NCBI GenBank assembly: GCA_013287745.1
Contig: JABDDF010000003.1
Span: forward strand, 1,946-65,945
Reading direction: 5' to 3'
DNA length: 64,000 bases
From: Gammaproteobacteria bacterium
GTDB taxonomy: Bacteria > Pseudomonadota > Gammaproteobacteria > DSM-16500
Made by a program: the position numbers and the translations under genes. How positions within the stretch are numbered: the stretch's first letter is position 1; each line of letters starts with the position of its first letter. Under the pieces are notes generated by a model. The model was not told the origin of the DNA. It ran no database searches and was given only the letters and a program-made list of their open reading frames with translations. Positions 30,714 through 41,294 of this stretch are shown one piece after another.

Positions 30714-31376
30714 TTAATAAGTTACTAAGCAACCAACCACCACCCCGCAAACATGCGTACTATCCTCAATCTTCACAATCGGATACTGCGGATTCAAAGG
30801 CTTCAAATACCGCACGCCACCATCCACGACATACTGCTTAAATGTTGCTTCCTTTGCGCGCGGCAATACAGCAACCACATAACTCCCATGTACAGCGTTT
30901 TTCTTGGGATCAATAATAATGACATCACCCTCATGAAAACTCCTGCTATTACCCAATGGCGTCGTCATAGCATCGCCTTTAACACGTAGCGCATACCAAT
31001 GTGATTTATTCGTGTAAAAATCCGCTAAATGTTCTTTAATTTCGCTAGTAGCAATTTTGGTCGTACCGATAAATTGTGACGCCTGCTCCCAGCTAAGGAT
31101 GGGCAGGCGATGCCTTGCTATTTCAGATTTGTCATTCTTTAGGTCTGCTTTTTTCGCGAGTTGTGTACCTTCTGCAACCGTTCCAAATTGCAACCATGCT
31201 GGATCAGCTTTTAATATGGCCGCTAGTTTTTGAAATTGTTTTAATGGCGGCACACGTCGGCCAGCAAGATAGTGAGTCACAGCGCCGCGGGTGATGCCCA
31301 TTTTGTTTGCCAACACCTCCTGCGTCATTCCTAATTCTTTCATGCGTGATTTAATGCGTATTGTCCACGTAGACAT
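30714..31376 (-). CDS. CI/LexA-like repressor (XRE HTH + S24 domain)
   Basis: MTQEVLA...RGAVTHYL, WLQFG, LRVKGDAM, ATFKQY, YLKPLNPQYP. Confidence 0.93.
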   Translation of the reverse strand: MSTWTIRIKSRMKELGMTQEVLANKMGITRGAVTHYLAGRRVPPLKQFQKLAAILKADPAWLQFGTVAEGTQLAKKADLKNDKSEIARHRLPILSWEQASQFIGTTKIATSEIKEHLADFYTNKSHWYALRVKGDAMTTPLGNSRSFHEGDVIIIDPKKNAVHGSYVVAVLPRAKEATFKQYVVDGGVRYLKPLNPQYPIVKIEDSTHVCGVVVGCLVTY

Positions 31377-31409
31377 GATAAAGACCCTAGCTGTTTTATG
31401 TCTGCGAAT

Positions 31410-31489
31410 GATACCAGTAGTATCGCGATAATTCAACATAACAAAAAGTATCTCAATAGCATTGACATAAAGTATACGTATAGTAACAT
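31410..31489. promoter_or_regulatory. Divergent cI/cro control region with three ATAC-N5-GTAT-like operators
   Basis: gataccagtagtatc (31410), ataacaaaaagtatc (31438), tatacgtatagtaac (31473); TTGACA at 31462. Confidence 0.65.
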
Positions 31490-31519
31490 CAGGTTTTTAA
31501 TCAATAATAAGAAATCACA

Positions 31520-31753
31520 ATGACACTATCAGATTATGTAAAAACCTTTCCTCGCATCCAACGAGCAACTGTTCGTCGTTGGCTAGCGAAGAGCCTTGGC
31601 ATCTCAGAAAGCTATGTGCGCAGCATGTGCAATGGCCAAAAAAGAATTCCAGGTAAGTATGCAATCCCCATTGAACGCGTAACGAGCGGTATTGTTTCGA
31701 GACAGCTTACTGCACCTGAATTGTACCCCATAGAAAATATCAGAGGTGGCTAA
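31520..31753 (+). CDS. Cro/YdaS-like HTH regulator
   Basis: LAKSLGISESYV..MCNG.KRIP....IERVTSG.VSRQL.APEL; divergent from the repressor. Confidence 0.85.
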   Translation: MTLSDYVKTFPRIQRATVRRWLAKSLGISESYVRSMCNGQKRIPGKYAIPIERVTSGIVSRQLTAPELYPIENIRGG

Positions 31754-32607
31754 TGAGAATATACGGTTCAATTCAAACTAAATTCTGGACTCATGCTGAT
31801 GTTCGTCAGTTATCAGATCAGGCAAAGTTACTTGCAACTTATTTACTCACTTCATCACACACTAATATGTTGGGGTGCTTTCGTATTCCCGTTGGTTATA
31901 TCGCTGAAGATTTAAACTGGAGCTTCGAAGTTGTCACACAAGCTAGAGATGAATTAGCAAAAATTAATTTTCTACTCTATGACGATGCAACTAGTTGGAT
32001 GATCATCAATAGTTTTATGAAATATCATCCTATTGAAAATCCGAATCAAGGGAAAAGTATAGCTAAACTCTTTGATGAGCTACCTAAAAATTTAAATTTT
32101 CTTCAACATTTAATGAATGAGTTACTTCAACAGCAAAAGCATTTGAGTGAAGAGTTTATTGATGCACTTGAAACCCTTACGAAACCCTTTCGAAATCAGG
32201 AAAAGGAAAAGGAACAGAAACAGTATCAGGAAAAGGAACAGGAATTAATGTCGGGCAAGCCCGACCTCTCACACTTAAAAGATTTTGATTTTGAAAAATC
32301 AAAAGCACAAGCAAAGCAAGAGCGTGAATTACTTAAATCACAAGCATTGGAAATACTAAATTTCTTGAATGAAAAAACAGGCAGGGGATATCGCATTAAT
32401 GATACTAACTTAAATCCCATCATAGGAAGGCTGAACACTGGCGTGCCAGTAGGTAAATGTTTTCAAGTGATTGCAAAAAAATATAGAGAATGGAAAGAAG
32501 ATCCCAAAATGAATACCTACATACGACCAGTAACTCTATTCGATAAAGATAATTTTGAATCTTATCTTGGAGAGGTATCGATAAGACAAACTAATGAGAA
32601 CAAGTGA
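31753..32607 (+). CDS. Phage-type replication initiator (replisome organizer)
   Basis: N-terminal FW...LATYLLTS.HTN.LG; QEKEKEQ linker; C-terminal LNEKTGRGYR...YIRPVTLF...FESYL conserved phage domain. Confidence 0.8.
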   Translation: MRIYGSIQTKFWTHADVRQLSDQAKLLATYLLTSSHTNMLGCFRIPVGYIAEDLNWSFEVVTQARDELAKINFLLYDDATSWMIINSFMKYHPIENPNQGKSIAKLFDELPKNLNFLQHLMNELLQQQKHLSEEFIDALETLTKPFRNQEKEKEQKQYQEKEQELMSGKPDLSHLKDFDFEKSKAQAKQERELLKSQALEILNFLNEKTGRGYRINDTNLNPIIGRLNTGVPVGKCFQVIAKKYREWKEDPKMNTYIRPVTLFDKDNFESYLGEVSIRQTNENK

Positions 32608-33038
32608 TGAAGAAAGGAGAGCGCTGTAGGGAATGTCAACAATGGGTGAATGTCGAACAAGCCAAATGCATCTGCGGTTGGCAAGCAACAAAAACTGAGG
32701 TGATAGTGACGCCTGATTCAGACTGTCGCTATCAAAGCAAGGGACGACGTTGTAAGTTGCCAGGATCAATGAGTGATTCTACCCGCGCAAGTGAATTTTG
32801 GTATTGCTCCTTGCATTGGCAATCGATAGGCGACCCACGGAAAGGGGAAGAATTTTTTAATTATATTGAACCGCATTATGACGAAATCATGGCAGGCCGA
32901 CGCGATTGGCGACGTGATTTACATAAATTGAAAACCATAGTAATAAGGAAAATAGAGAATGAAAGTGAAACTAAACAAAATGATGGTTCGCATAGTCAAT
33001 TGCCTTTGCATGCTTTTGCCAACAGTGGCACTTGCTAA
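32604..33038 (+). CDS. Hypothetical Cys-rich (Zn-ribbon) protein
   Basis: CREC...CICG, C...C...YCSLH; overlaps neighbouring genes. Confidence 0.7.
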   Translation: MMKKGERCRECQQWVNVEQAKCICGWQATKTEVIVTPDSDCRYQSKGRRCKLPGSMSDSTRASEFWYCSLHWQSIGDPRKGEEFFNYIEPHYDEIMAGRRDWRRDLHKLKTIVIRKIENESETKQNDGSHSQLPLHAFANSGTC

Positions 33039-33261
33039 TGGCGAAACACCAGTCAGTGATGGTCTCAGCTACATCATCAGCGCCATGTACGGTGCAACAG
33101 GTATCGCGGTAGCAACGCTTTCTGTGATGATCGTTGGTCTTTTATGCCTGGGTCATTTTCTCAAATGGTCGGCACTTGGATTTACCATCATGGGTATTTC
33201 CATCATCTTTGGTGCTGGTGAAATTGTGGGCGGCATTGTTTCGCAAATTCATATTCGCTAG
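32959..33261 (+). CDS. virB2: VirB2/TrbC pilin
   Basis: Signal peptide plus two hydrophobic helices, GISIIFGA; first gene of the virB operon. Confidence 0.88.
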   Translation: MKVKLNKMMVRIVNCLCMLLPTVALANGETPVSDGLSYIISAMYGATGIAVATLSVMIVGLLCLGHFLKWSALGFTIMGISIIFGAGEIVGGIVSQIHIR

Positions 33262-33270
33262 AGAGATGTC

Positions 33271-33576
33271 ATGATGATTGAAAACCAATACATCACAGAA
33301 CTTGATCATCTTGCAATAGGGCTGACACGCTCGCCGATGTTTATGGGTGTGAATATCAAATTATTTTTTGCAAACATTTCGCTTTGTACACTTACTTGCA
33401 TTGATTTTCATACTCTTTTAGGCATACCGCTTTGCGTGGTTATCCACTTGATCATGGCTAAATGTTCCATCAAAGAGCCAAACTTTTTCTATATACGCAT
33501 GAAAGCAGTATTAAAAACCCCCTCGGTGGTGAACAAATGGTTTTGGGGAAAGACGAATAGTTATAGCCCATGGTGA
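33271..33576 (+). CDS. virB3: VirB3
   Basis: L.IGLTRSPMFMGV; C-terminal NSYSP. Confidence 0.92.
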   Translation: MMIENQYITELDHLAIGLTRSPMFMGVNIKLFFANISLCTLTCIDFHTLLGIPLCVVIHLIMAKCSIKEPNFFYIRMKAVLKTPSVVNKWFWGKTNSYSPW

Positions 33577-33580
33577 TCTA

Positions 33581-35968
33581 ATGAATTCCAATTTATTTAA
33601 AAGAGAAGAAAATGCGTCAAGGCATATCAATGTATTGACGCATTATGATGACGATACTCTGATTGATAAAAGCGGCAAGCTGATCAAAATCATTAAACTT
33701 TCTGGGTTAAATTATTTCACCAAAGATCAACAGACACTCGATATTTTTAAGGCAAGAAGAAATAATTTATTGAAAAGTATTTCATCTGAATTTGCCCTGT
33801 ATTTCTGGCAAGTGAGACGAAAGACTTTTTCTTATCCAGCAGGAGAATTTAACGATTCATTTGCAAAAACAATAAATGATAAATATAAGGAAAGGATACA
33901 AAAGGAATCGATGTTTCACACGGAACATTATCTTGCGCTTATCACCAAGCAAGCTGAAGGATTACTAAACAAAGGCCAGTCAATTTTCAGTCAATTACTT
34001 TATCGCTTTGATAAAATTGCAAAACAGGAATATCTTGCTTCACGCCATAAAGAATTAAATGAGGCTGCACAAAAGGTATTAAGTGCCTTTGCGGATTATG
34101 ATGCGGAATTGCTTACTACCTATGAAAAAAATGGAATTGCATTTTCAGCACCACTTGAATTTATTTCACAAATAATTAATTTTAATTCATCAAACGTGCC
34201 ACTTAAAATTGAAGATGCAGCAAAAATACTGCCTAGAAAACGCCTCTTTTTTAACAATCGCTCAGGCACGATTGAAATGCGTGCAGCGGATGGCAGTAGG
34301 AAATTTGCTGCTATTTTGGCAATCAAGGCTTATGCACCTGTTACTCGACAAGGCATGCTAGATAAATTTAATTCATTTCCCATCGAATATACCATCACCC
34401 AATCTTTTCGCTTTTATGATACCCAAGCCGCAAAGTCACGCATGCGTGATCAGCAACAAGACATGCTGCAATCAAAACATGAATCCATCACGCAGACAGA
34501 AGAAATTGATGCTGTACTTGATGATACGGCAAGCGGTGAAGTTGGTTATGGCAGGCATCATTTCACTTTGACTTGCTATGCTGATTCACAAGATGAATTA
34601 AACAAAGATATTGCCACGCTTGTGACTGCTTTTTCGGATATTGATATCACCTGTGTACGCGAAGATGTTGCCTGTGAATTAGATTATTGGGCGCAACTGC
34701 CTGGCAATTTTCCTTATATTTGCCGTTCAGCCGATATTTCAAGCAAAAATATGGCAGCCCTTGCGAGCTTTCACAATGAGCCATTGGGCAGATTAAAAGG
34801 CAACCATTGGGGCGATGCCGTCACGGTGTTTGAAACACTCTCCGGCAGTCCTTATTACTTCAATTTTCATCATAGAGACGTGGGTAATTTTCTTGTATTT
34901 GGCGGCATGGGAAGTGGTAAGAGTGTTCTGGTGGCCTTTCTCATTGCGCAGAGTATGAAGTTTGGCGGCAAGCGCGTTATTTTTGATAAAGACCGTGGAT
35001 TAGAACTTTTTGTACGGGCAATGCGTGGTACTTATGAACGAATTAAACCTGGTATCAAAACAGGCTTTAATCCCTGTCGCTTAAATGATACAGCAGAAAA
35101 CCGTCAATTTTTGTTGACCCTTTTTAGCAAAATGCTCAAACCCGCTGATCGCCAATTAACAACTGCGGAAATAGAAATCATTGAACAAGTAGTCCATGGT
35201 ATTTATCAACTGGATCAAGCTGACAGACAACTTTGTCATTTTGCACCTTATTTTGGTGCTAAGAAAGCAGGCTCATTACGCGCGCAATTTGATCAATGGC
35301 ATAGTGATGGCACTCATGCTTGGTTATTTGATAATGAAATAGATTCACTTAACTTAGATGCCGATGTCATTGGCTTTGATCTTGCTTCTATCCTCGATGC
35401 GGGAATGTGTAAGACACCGGCACTCATGTATCTCACTTACCGCATAGAGCAGGCCTTGGCAGGCGTGCGCGGCATGCTTTTTTGTGATGAAGGGTGGCTG
35501 CTGCTTGATGATGATTACTTCAAGAAAATTATCAATGATTGGTCAAGAACACCACGCAAGAAAAATAATATCTTTGGTCTTGCGACACAGGTTGCCAATG
35601 ATACGGTCAATCTGGCATTCAGTAAATCCATCAATGAATCAGCATTTTGCAAAATCTTTTTTCCCAATCCCGCAGCAGATCGAAGAATTCATATGGAAGA
35701 ACATGGCTTAAGTGAGCATGAATGGTCTCTGCTTAAAACACTTCCTGACGACAAACATTATTTTTTACTTAAATCTGGCAATGGCATCAATGCGCAATCC
35801 CTTGTCCTACGCGCTAATTTGACCGGGCTTGAAACAGAAATTGCCCTGTTTTCAGGGCGTGAAGAGACGCTTGCCTTGTTTGATCAAGTTCGCTTGGAAG
35901 TGGGGAATGATGTTGATAATTGGCTGCTTCCATTTCAACGTCGGCTAGAGGAGAAAAAAGATGCTTAA
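33581..35968 (+). CDS. virB4: VirB4 ATPase
   Basis: WAQLPGN, GGMGSGKS, DKDRG, DEGW, RKKN....ATQ. Confidence 0.96.
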   Translation: MNSNLFKREENASRHINVLTHYDDDTLIDKSGKLIKIIKLSGLNYFTKDQQTLDIFKARRNNLLKSISSEFALYFWQVRRKTFSYPAGEFNDSFAKTINDKYKERIQKESMFHTEHYLALITKQAEGLLNKGQSIFSQLLYRFDKIAKQEYLASRHKELNEAAQKVLSAFADYDAELLTTYEKNGIAFSAPLEFISQIINFNSSNVPLKIEDAAKILPRKRLFFNNRSGTIEMRAADGSRKFAAILAIKAYAPVTRQGMLDKFNSFPIEYTITQSFRFYDTQAAKSRMRDQQQDMLQSKHESITQTEEIDAVLDDTASGEVGYGRHHFTLTCYADSQDELNKDIATLVTAFSDIDITCVREDVACELDYWAQLPGNFPYICRSADISSKNMAALASFHNEPLGRLKGNHWGDAVTVFETLSGSPYYFNFHHRDVGNFLVFGGMGSGKSVLVAFLIAQSMKFGGKRVIFDKDRGLELFVRAMRGTYERIKPGIKTGFNPCRLNDTAENRQFLLTLFSKMLKPADRQLTTAEIEIIEQVVHGIYQLDQADRQLCHFAPYFGAKKAGSLRAQFDQWHSDGTHAWLFDNEIDSLNLDADVIGFDLASILDAGMCKTPALMYLTYRIEQALAGVRGMLFCDEGWLLLDDDYFKKIINDWSRTPRKKNNIFGLATQVANDTVNLAFSKSINESAFCKIFFPNPAADRRIHMEEHGLSEHEWSLLKTLPDDKHYFLLKSGNGINAQSLVLRANLTGLETEIALFSGREETLALFDQVRLEVGNDVDNWLLPFQRRLEEKKDA

Positions 35969-36677
35969 AACAAAATCTATTCTATGCGTCTGTATTTGTG
36001 TGTTGATATGTTCCGAAGCTAACGCCAATTGGTTTGCCGATATCGTCAATCGTATTGAAAAAACCAATGTGATTAATACCGATATTTTAAACAGTCAAAA
36101 TGCAGAATTAAATGTCGAGCAAGATATTCTTACTTCACAAAAGGAAGTTGAAAACCTTCTACGTGGTGTCAATGAAAGCATGATAGGTCATTCCGGCTGG
36201 GGTGACTATCAAAGCCATGATTATCAATCCTATGGCAATGGCTCAAGTAATTGGAATGATGTGCTTATCATGGCGCAGGTTGGTAGGGGCGATGGTGATC
36301 TTGGCAGTGTGATGGGAAATTTGGCTAATCAATTTCCCAGTGATGAAGATGTTTTTAATCATGCTGTGAATGAAAAAAGAAACCAGCAATATTATGCCTT
36401 ACAAACCCAAACCATTCTCGCTGCACGTGCTACAAGCCAGCTTGATTACAATAAAATCCAAGATCAAATTCTCTACCAACAAATGCTACAGCAGCAAATT
36501 GAAAAGACAAAAGATGTAAAAGCTGCGCTTGATCTTAATAACCGCATCCAAGTTGAAGGCAATCTCATTAATTTACAAATATTAAGACAAGCTGCCGTAG
36601 GTAGTCAGCAGCAAGCCATTCATGATCAAGCCAGTGTCAATGCAGCACTAGCCAATGCAAGGTTTTTAAATAAATAG
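35961..36677 (+). CDS. virB5: VirB5 minor pilin
   Basis: Signal peptide; Q-rich helices, KAALDLNNRIQ.E; position in operon. Confidence 0.88.
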   Translation: MLKTKSILCVCICVLICSEANANWFADIVNRIEKTNVINTDILNSQNAELNVEQDILTSQKEVENLLRGVNESMIGHSGWGDYQSHDYQSYGNGSSNWNDVLIMAQVGRGDGDLGSVMGNLANQFPSDEDVFNHAVNEKRNQQYYALQTQTILAARATSQLDYNKIQDQILYQQMLQQQIEKTKDVKAALDLNNRIQVEGNLINLQILRQAAVGSQQQAIHDQASVNAALANARFLNK

Positions 36678-36688
36678 GAGATATTGAA

Positions 36689-36826
36689 ATGAGTAACAAA
36701 GTTAAATTAAGCATCATTTTTTTGATGACGCTATTTATGACGGCCTGTGCGAGCAGCCCGCTTAAAGCACCCTGTGACCAACACGCAAGTTTCTGTGGTA
36801 GTAAAACCAAAATTAATCACTGGTAG
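36689..36826 (+). CDS. virB7: VirB7/LvhB7 small lipoprotein (45 aa, absent from ORF track)
   Basis: MSNKVKLSIIFLMTLFMTAC-ASSPLKAPCDQHASFCGSKTKINHW; RBS aggag; between virB5 and virB6. Confidence 0.85.
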   Translation: MSNKVKLSIIFLMTLFMTACASSPLKAPCDQHASFCGSKTKINHW

Positions 36827-36837
36827 GAATAAATTAA

Positions 36838-37803
36838 ATGATTATTGTCACTTCATTTATTACAAGTAGTTTAAATACCGTTGATGCCGTCATTGGTAAT
36901 TTTGTGCAATCAGCTTATATAAATTTAGTGCAGGCCAATAGCGGTGTCATCACACTGCTATTTACTTTTTACATCATGATGATTGGCTATCAATTTCTAA
37001 ATCACCATCATCACTTTCAGTTAAGCGTCATTATTCAAAAAATGATTGTGATGTTATCTGTTTATGGTCTTATCATGAATTGGCAGCTCTATTATCTTTT
37101 TGTCTATAACATCTTTACCAATGAACCTGCGCATATTGCAAAAATATTGGTTAATTCAGCAGGGAATATGCAAGCGGGTGGGAGTATTGTGGAAGTGTTA
37201 GATGGAATTTATAGCTCCATCATTAATGCCAGTATGAATTTTTTGAGTGAAGTAAATTTTAGTGCCGCAGGGATCGCATTTATTTTTTATGGATTATTGG
37301 TTTTTCTGATTGGCACAGTCATGTGTGTATTTGCCTTGCTTCTTTTTATTTATGCAAAAATGATGATGGCGATTTCTCTCGCTCTGGGCCCTCTGTTCAT
37401 CTTATTTCTGCTGTGGGAGCCGACCAAGGGCATTTTTTCTGCCTGGCTGCAAAGTTTGATTGGTATTGCACTCATCCCAATTGTTACCTCGGCTATTTTA
37501 GTGCTCATGTTATCAGTCATTAAAGTGACCTTGCCCATGCTTGATCAGCCGGTTGAACAGCTGCAATTTTATGGCATTGCACCATTTTTGGGTTTGAGTC
37601 TTGCTACTTCCATGATACTCGCACAAGTGCGGCATATATGCAGTGCTTTGGGCGGAGGTATTAGCTTATCTAATCTCTCAGTAGGTGCTGATATTGCGAG
37701 GTCTGCCTTGCAAAAATCAGGTGTAGCGCCTGCTGCACGCGCATTGGCTGGTCGATTTGGGCAGAAGCAATATAGAGGAAAACACCATGCAAGATCACTA
37801 TAA
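36838..37803 (+). CDS. virB6: VirB6
   Basis: Polytopic membrane protein; LALGPLFI.F.LW..TK..F..W. Confidence 0.92.
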   Translation: MIIVTSFITSSLNTVDAVIGNFVQSAYINLVQANSGVITLLFTFYIMMIGYQFLNHHHHFQLSVIIQKMIVMLSVYGLIMNWQLYYLFVYNIFTNEPAHIAKILVNSAGNMQAGGSIVEVLDGIYSSIINASMNFLSEVNFSAAGIAFIFYGLLVFLIGTVMCVFALLLFIYAKMMMAISLALGPLFILFLLWEPTKGIFSAWLQSLIGIALIPIVTSAILVLMLSVIKVTLPMLDQPVEQLQFYGIAPFLGLSLATSMILAQVRHICSALGGGISLSNLSVGADIARSALQKSGVAPAARALAGRFGQKQYRGKHHARSL

Positions 37804-38449
37804 GCAATCATCGGAATGGGCATATGATCTTTATCAATCGCAAAAGTTATGGCTGCGGCGTACTTTATTTGCCTTAATGGTGATGAGCGTATTATTGCTA
37901 CTGTCCTTGTTGTCACATTTACTGCTCTTGCCACTTAAAGAAAAAGTGCCTTACTTGTATGCCTTTGATCATGCTAGCGGTGAAATTACAAAAATAGGTA
38001 AATTAGACAGAAGTAAATTTTCCGCAGATTGGACAATGACGCGCTATCTTCTCATTCATTATGTGATTAATCGTGAGAGTTTTGACAACGACAATATCAA
38101 TGTTCCCTATCAATTAGTATGGTCGCAATCAGATGATCATGTGAAAAAGCAATACGAAGAAGAAGTCAGTTCCAGTAACGCACAATCTCCCTATCAAATT
38201 TATGGCAAAGATAAATATATCACTGTGCGTGTGATTGCCGTTAACCGCTTAAATGATGATACGGCAGATATCAAACTTGAAAAGAATTTGCATGATCGAG
38301 CTTCTGAATCAGTACAAAGCACAGAAAAGGAAGCCATTATTAAATGGAAATATGCCGCTGCTGATACGACACAGAAAATGCTAGACCGTGATCCACTTGG
38401 CTTCAAAGTCACATATTACAAAACAACGCAAGTCAACTTAGAAAAATAG
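37787..38449 (+). CDS. virB8: VirB8
   Basis: LLPLKEKVPY, YVINRES, DPLGFKVTYY. Confidence 0.93.
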   Translation: MQDHYKQSSEWAYDLYQSQKLWLRRTLFALMVMSVLLLLSLLSHLLLLPLKEKVPYLYAFDHASGEITKIGKLDRSKFSADWTMTRYLLIHYVINRESFDNDNINVPYQLVWSQSDDHVKKQYEEEVSSSNAQSPYQIYGKDKYITVRVIAVNRLNDDTADIKLEKNLHDRASESVQSTEKEAIIKWKYAAADTTQKMLDRDPLGFKVTYYKTTQVNLEK

Positions 38450-38458
38450 GAGAATAAG

Positions 38459-39172
38459 ATGAAAAAAATATTAATTACATCAGCAATTTTAATAGGCGGT
38501 ATTTCTGTGCTGCATGCAACTAGCATGCCTAGAAGCGTGGCAGCAGACCATCATGTTAGGGTCGTGCAATATGACCCCAATAATGTGGTCATGTTAAAAG
38601 GCAAATATGGCTATCAAACTCAAATCACATTTGCAGCAAATGAAACTGTGCAGAATGTTTCAATAGGTGACAGCATGGCTTGGCAGGCAGCGCCAGTGGG
38701 TAATTATCTTTTTATCAAACCAGTCGCAGAATCAAAAACTAATATGACAGTGCTGACTAATGCAAATAGCTATAATTTTCAGCTTGATTCATCCAGCAGC
38801 AACATCGCACCAACTTATCAATTGAAATTTACTTATCTTGATGGTGGTTTTGATCAAGCAGGTATTAGCAATACAGTCGCTTCATTTAATCCTGAGCAAG
38901 TCAATTGGAAATATAGTTTTACCGGTGATAAATCCCTTGCGCCGCGTGAGGCCTTTGATGATGGCAAGTTCACTTATTTTAAATTCGAAAACCATTTACC
39001 AGCGGTATTCATCGTTGATCAAAATAAGAATGAAACGCTGGTTAATTACCACATGCAGGGAAAATATTTAGTGGTTAATTCTATTGCTAAGCAATTTAGC
39101 CTGCGTGATGGCGATGATGTGACCAGCGTGTATAACGACCTTGCTATTGGCGATTGGAAAGAAATTTACTAG
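38459..39172 (+). CDS. virB9: VirB9
   Basis: YDPNNVV, GDSMAW, FIKP, TNMTVLTN, FDDGKFTYF. Confidence 0.95.
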   Translation: MKKILITSAILIGGISVLHATSMPRSVAADHHVRVVQYDPNNVVMLKGKYGYQTQITFAANETVQNVSIGDSMAWQAAPVGNYLFIKPVAESKTNMTVLTNANSYNFQLDSSSSNIAPTYQLKFTYLDGGFDQAGISNTVASFNPEQVNWKYSFTGDKSLAPREAFDDGKFTYFKFENHLPAVFIVDQNKNETLVNYHMQGKYLVVNSIAKQFSLRDGDDVTSVYNDLAIGDWKEIY

Positions 39173-39183
39173 AGGTGATTACC

Positions 39184-40251
39184 ATGAATGATAATAAGAA
39201 AGAAGGCATGCCAGATGTGGCTGAAGCTATAGCTAAAAAAAGGCCTGCGGTGTTGATATTTATTGCACTTGTTTTAGTCGCTTTTTCGAGCATGTATGTC
39301 ATGAGGAAGAAATCAGATAAGCCGGTAAAAGTATCAGATGAAACTTATAGTGTGCAGCAGCAGCCAGTTATTAGTGCTAAACCACTGGTTGAGACAGCAA
39401 AGGCCGCACCTGCACCCGTTGAGACGAAAATGACTAAGGAAGAAATGCAGCAACAGGTTGCACTCATCATGGAAAAGCAAAAGGCCTTGCAGCAGCGTTT
39501 ATCTGCACCGCTTATGGTGGTCAATGGCGGTCAGTCTAAGACAGTGCCGACAGAAGCAGGATCAACAAAAGAAACATCAACTGATGCCAATACGCAATTC
39601 ATGAGTCAGGTTTCTTCACAGGATACAGCCAGGGCAATGGCGACAATCATGGCGCCGCTTAGCGCCATGATTGCAGAAGGTAGCTTTATTCATGCCATCT
39701 TGGAACCCGCCACAGATTCTGATTTACCAGGGCATTTGCGCGCCATAGTAAGTGACCCTGTTTATTCAGAAGATGGGTCACAGATTTTGATTCCATCGGG
39801 CAGCCGCTTGCTAGGTCAATATAAAAGCGGAATGTTACAAGGACAATCGAGAGTATTTATTGCCTGGACGAGGGTGATGACACCGGCTGGCATTTCAGTG
39901 CAACTAGGATCAGCTGGTGTTGATGCGCTCGGTGTGGCAGGCATTGGCGCAGATGAAATCGATAGGCATTTTTGGCAGCGCTTTGGCACAGCTTCCCTTA
40001 TGTCATTACTAAGTGCAGGGGCTGCCAATACTGGTGTCAGTAATGATGATCAAAATAATTCAGCATCGATCTATAGAAGTGCGATTGCCAATAGTTTTGC
40101 ACAAACTTCAAACCAGAGTTTGCAACAAAATAATAATATTGCACCCACACTCAAGACTTGGCAGGGAAAACGCATCATGGTCTTTGTAGCGCGTGATCTT
40201 GATTTTGAACATGCCATGCAATTATCAAAACCAAAATTAAAATTATTTTAA
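39184..40251 (+). CDS. virB10: VirB10
   Basis: SDLPG, IPSGSRLLG, DRHFWQRFG, I.VFVARDLDF. Confidence 0.95.
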   Translation: MNDNKKEGMPDVAEAIAKKRPAVLIFIALVLVAFSSMYVMRKKSDKPVKVSDETYSVQQQPVISAKPLVETAKAAPAPVETKMTKEEMQQQVALIMEKQKALQQRLSAPLMVVNGGQSKTVPTEAGSTKETSTDANTQFMSQVSSQDTARAMATIMAPLSAMIAEGSFIHAILEPATDSDLPGHLRAIVSDPVYSEDGSQILIPSGSRLLGQYKSGMLQGQSRVFIAWTRVMTPAGISVQLGSAGVDALGVAGIGADEIDRHFWQRFGTASLMSLLSAGAANTGVSNDDQNNSASIYRSAIANSFAQTSNQSLQQNNNIAPTLKTWQGKRIMVFVARDLDFEHAMQLSKPKLKLF

Positions 40252-40262
40252 GGAAATACCGC

Positions 40263-41222
40263 ATGTCAGTTAAAGCGCTTGAACGTCATTTGCTTCCTTT
40301 GCAACCTTATTTGCAAATGGATGGTGTGACAGAAATTTGTATAAACCAACCAGGTGAGGTCTATGTAGAAAATCAAGGTAAATTTACGGGCTATTTTGTT
40401 GAAGAGTTAGATATTAACTTTTTGCAAATGCTGGCAGTCTTGGTTGCCGAATATAATCACAAAGATTATCCGACGCCCTTATTATCAGGCACCTTACCAA
40501 CAGGTGAGCGGATTCAATTTGTGCTACATCCAGCTTGTGAAAAACGCAAATTAGTTTGTGCTATTCGTAGGCAGCAAATGCGCGATATGAAGCTGGAAGA
40601 TTATCGTGAAAATGGCACTTTTGCAGAGGTGGAGCAGCCAAGTGCGAGTAATGCAAATGAGCAATTAAAACAGCTTTATTTTGATCAAGATTGGTATAGC
40701 TTTATTAAACATGCGATTCATGCGAAAAAAAATATCCTCATTAGTGGCGGTACGGGAACGGGCAAAACCACATTTCTCAATGCCTGTTTAAAATGTATTC
40801 CAGCGCATGAAAGATTAATCACTGTAGAAGATACGCGTGAAGTGATGGTGAACCATCCTAATACAGCACATTTACTTTTCAATGAAGAAGATAAGCGAAT
40901 CACAGCGTTAAATATTTTTAAAGTCTGTTTGCGCTTGCGTCCTGATCGTATTTTTCTCTCAGAATTGAGAGGGGCAGAAGTATGGCCATATTTGCGCGCA
41001 GCCAATAGCGGGCATCCAGGCAGTTTAAGTACCGTGCATGCAGATACGGCAGAAGCAGCATTTACTCAGTTGGTATTTATGATGCAGCAAGCGGGATCAA
41101 CTTCAAGTGAAGAGCAACTGAGGAATTATATCAAATCGATTGTACCGATTGTGGTTCAGCTCAAGCGTGATGCAAACCCAGATAAATTTATGCATGTGTC
41201 AGAGGTTTATTTTAAAGGGTAA
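40263..41222 (+). CDS. virB11: VirB11 ATPase
   Basis: GGTGTGKTT, LRLRPDRI, GHPGSLSTVHA. Confidence 0.96.
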   Translation: MSVKALERHLLPLQPYLQMDGVTEICINQPGEVYVENQGKFTGYFVEELDINFLQMLAVLVAEYNHKDYPTPLLSGTLPTGERIQFVLHPACEKRKLVCAIRRQQMRDMKLEDYRENGTFAEVEQPSASNANEQLKQLYFDQDWYSFIKHAIHAKKNILISGGTGTGKTTFLNACLKCIPAHERLITVEDTREVMVNHPNTAHLLFNEEDKRITALNIFKVCLRLRPDRIFLSELRGAEVWPYLRAANSGHPGSLSTVHADTAEAAFTQLVFMMQQAGSTSSEEQLRNYIKSIVPIVVQLKRDANPDKFMHVSEVYFKG

Positions 41223-41294
41223 CGAATAACGTCCTGAATTGACAGTCCAGGATTGCTTAGGAACAAATTATTTTTATATCAGGAGGATAAGGGT

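Noticed and set aside
30714-33038. Prophage
   Set aside because: No terminase, capsid, tail or lysis genes; the module leads into a T4SS
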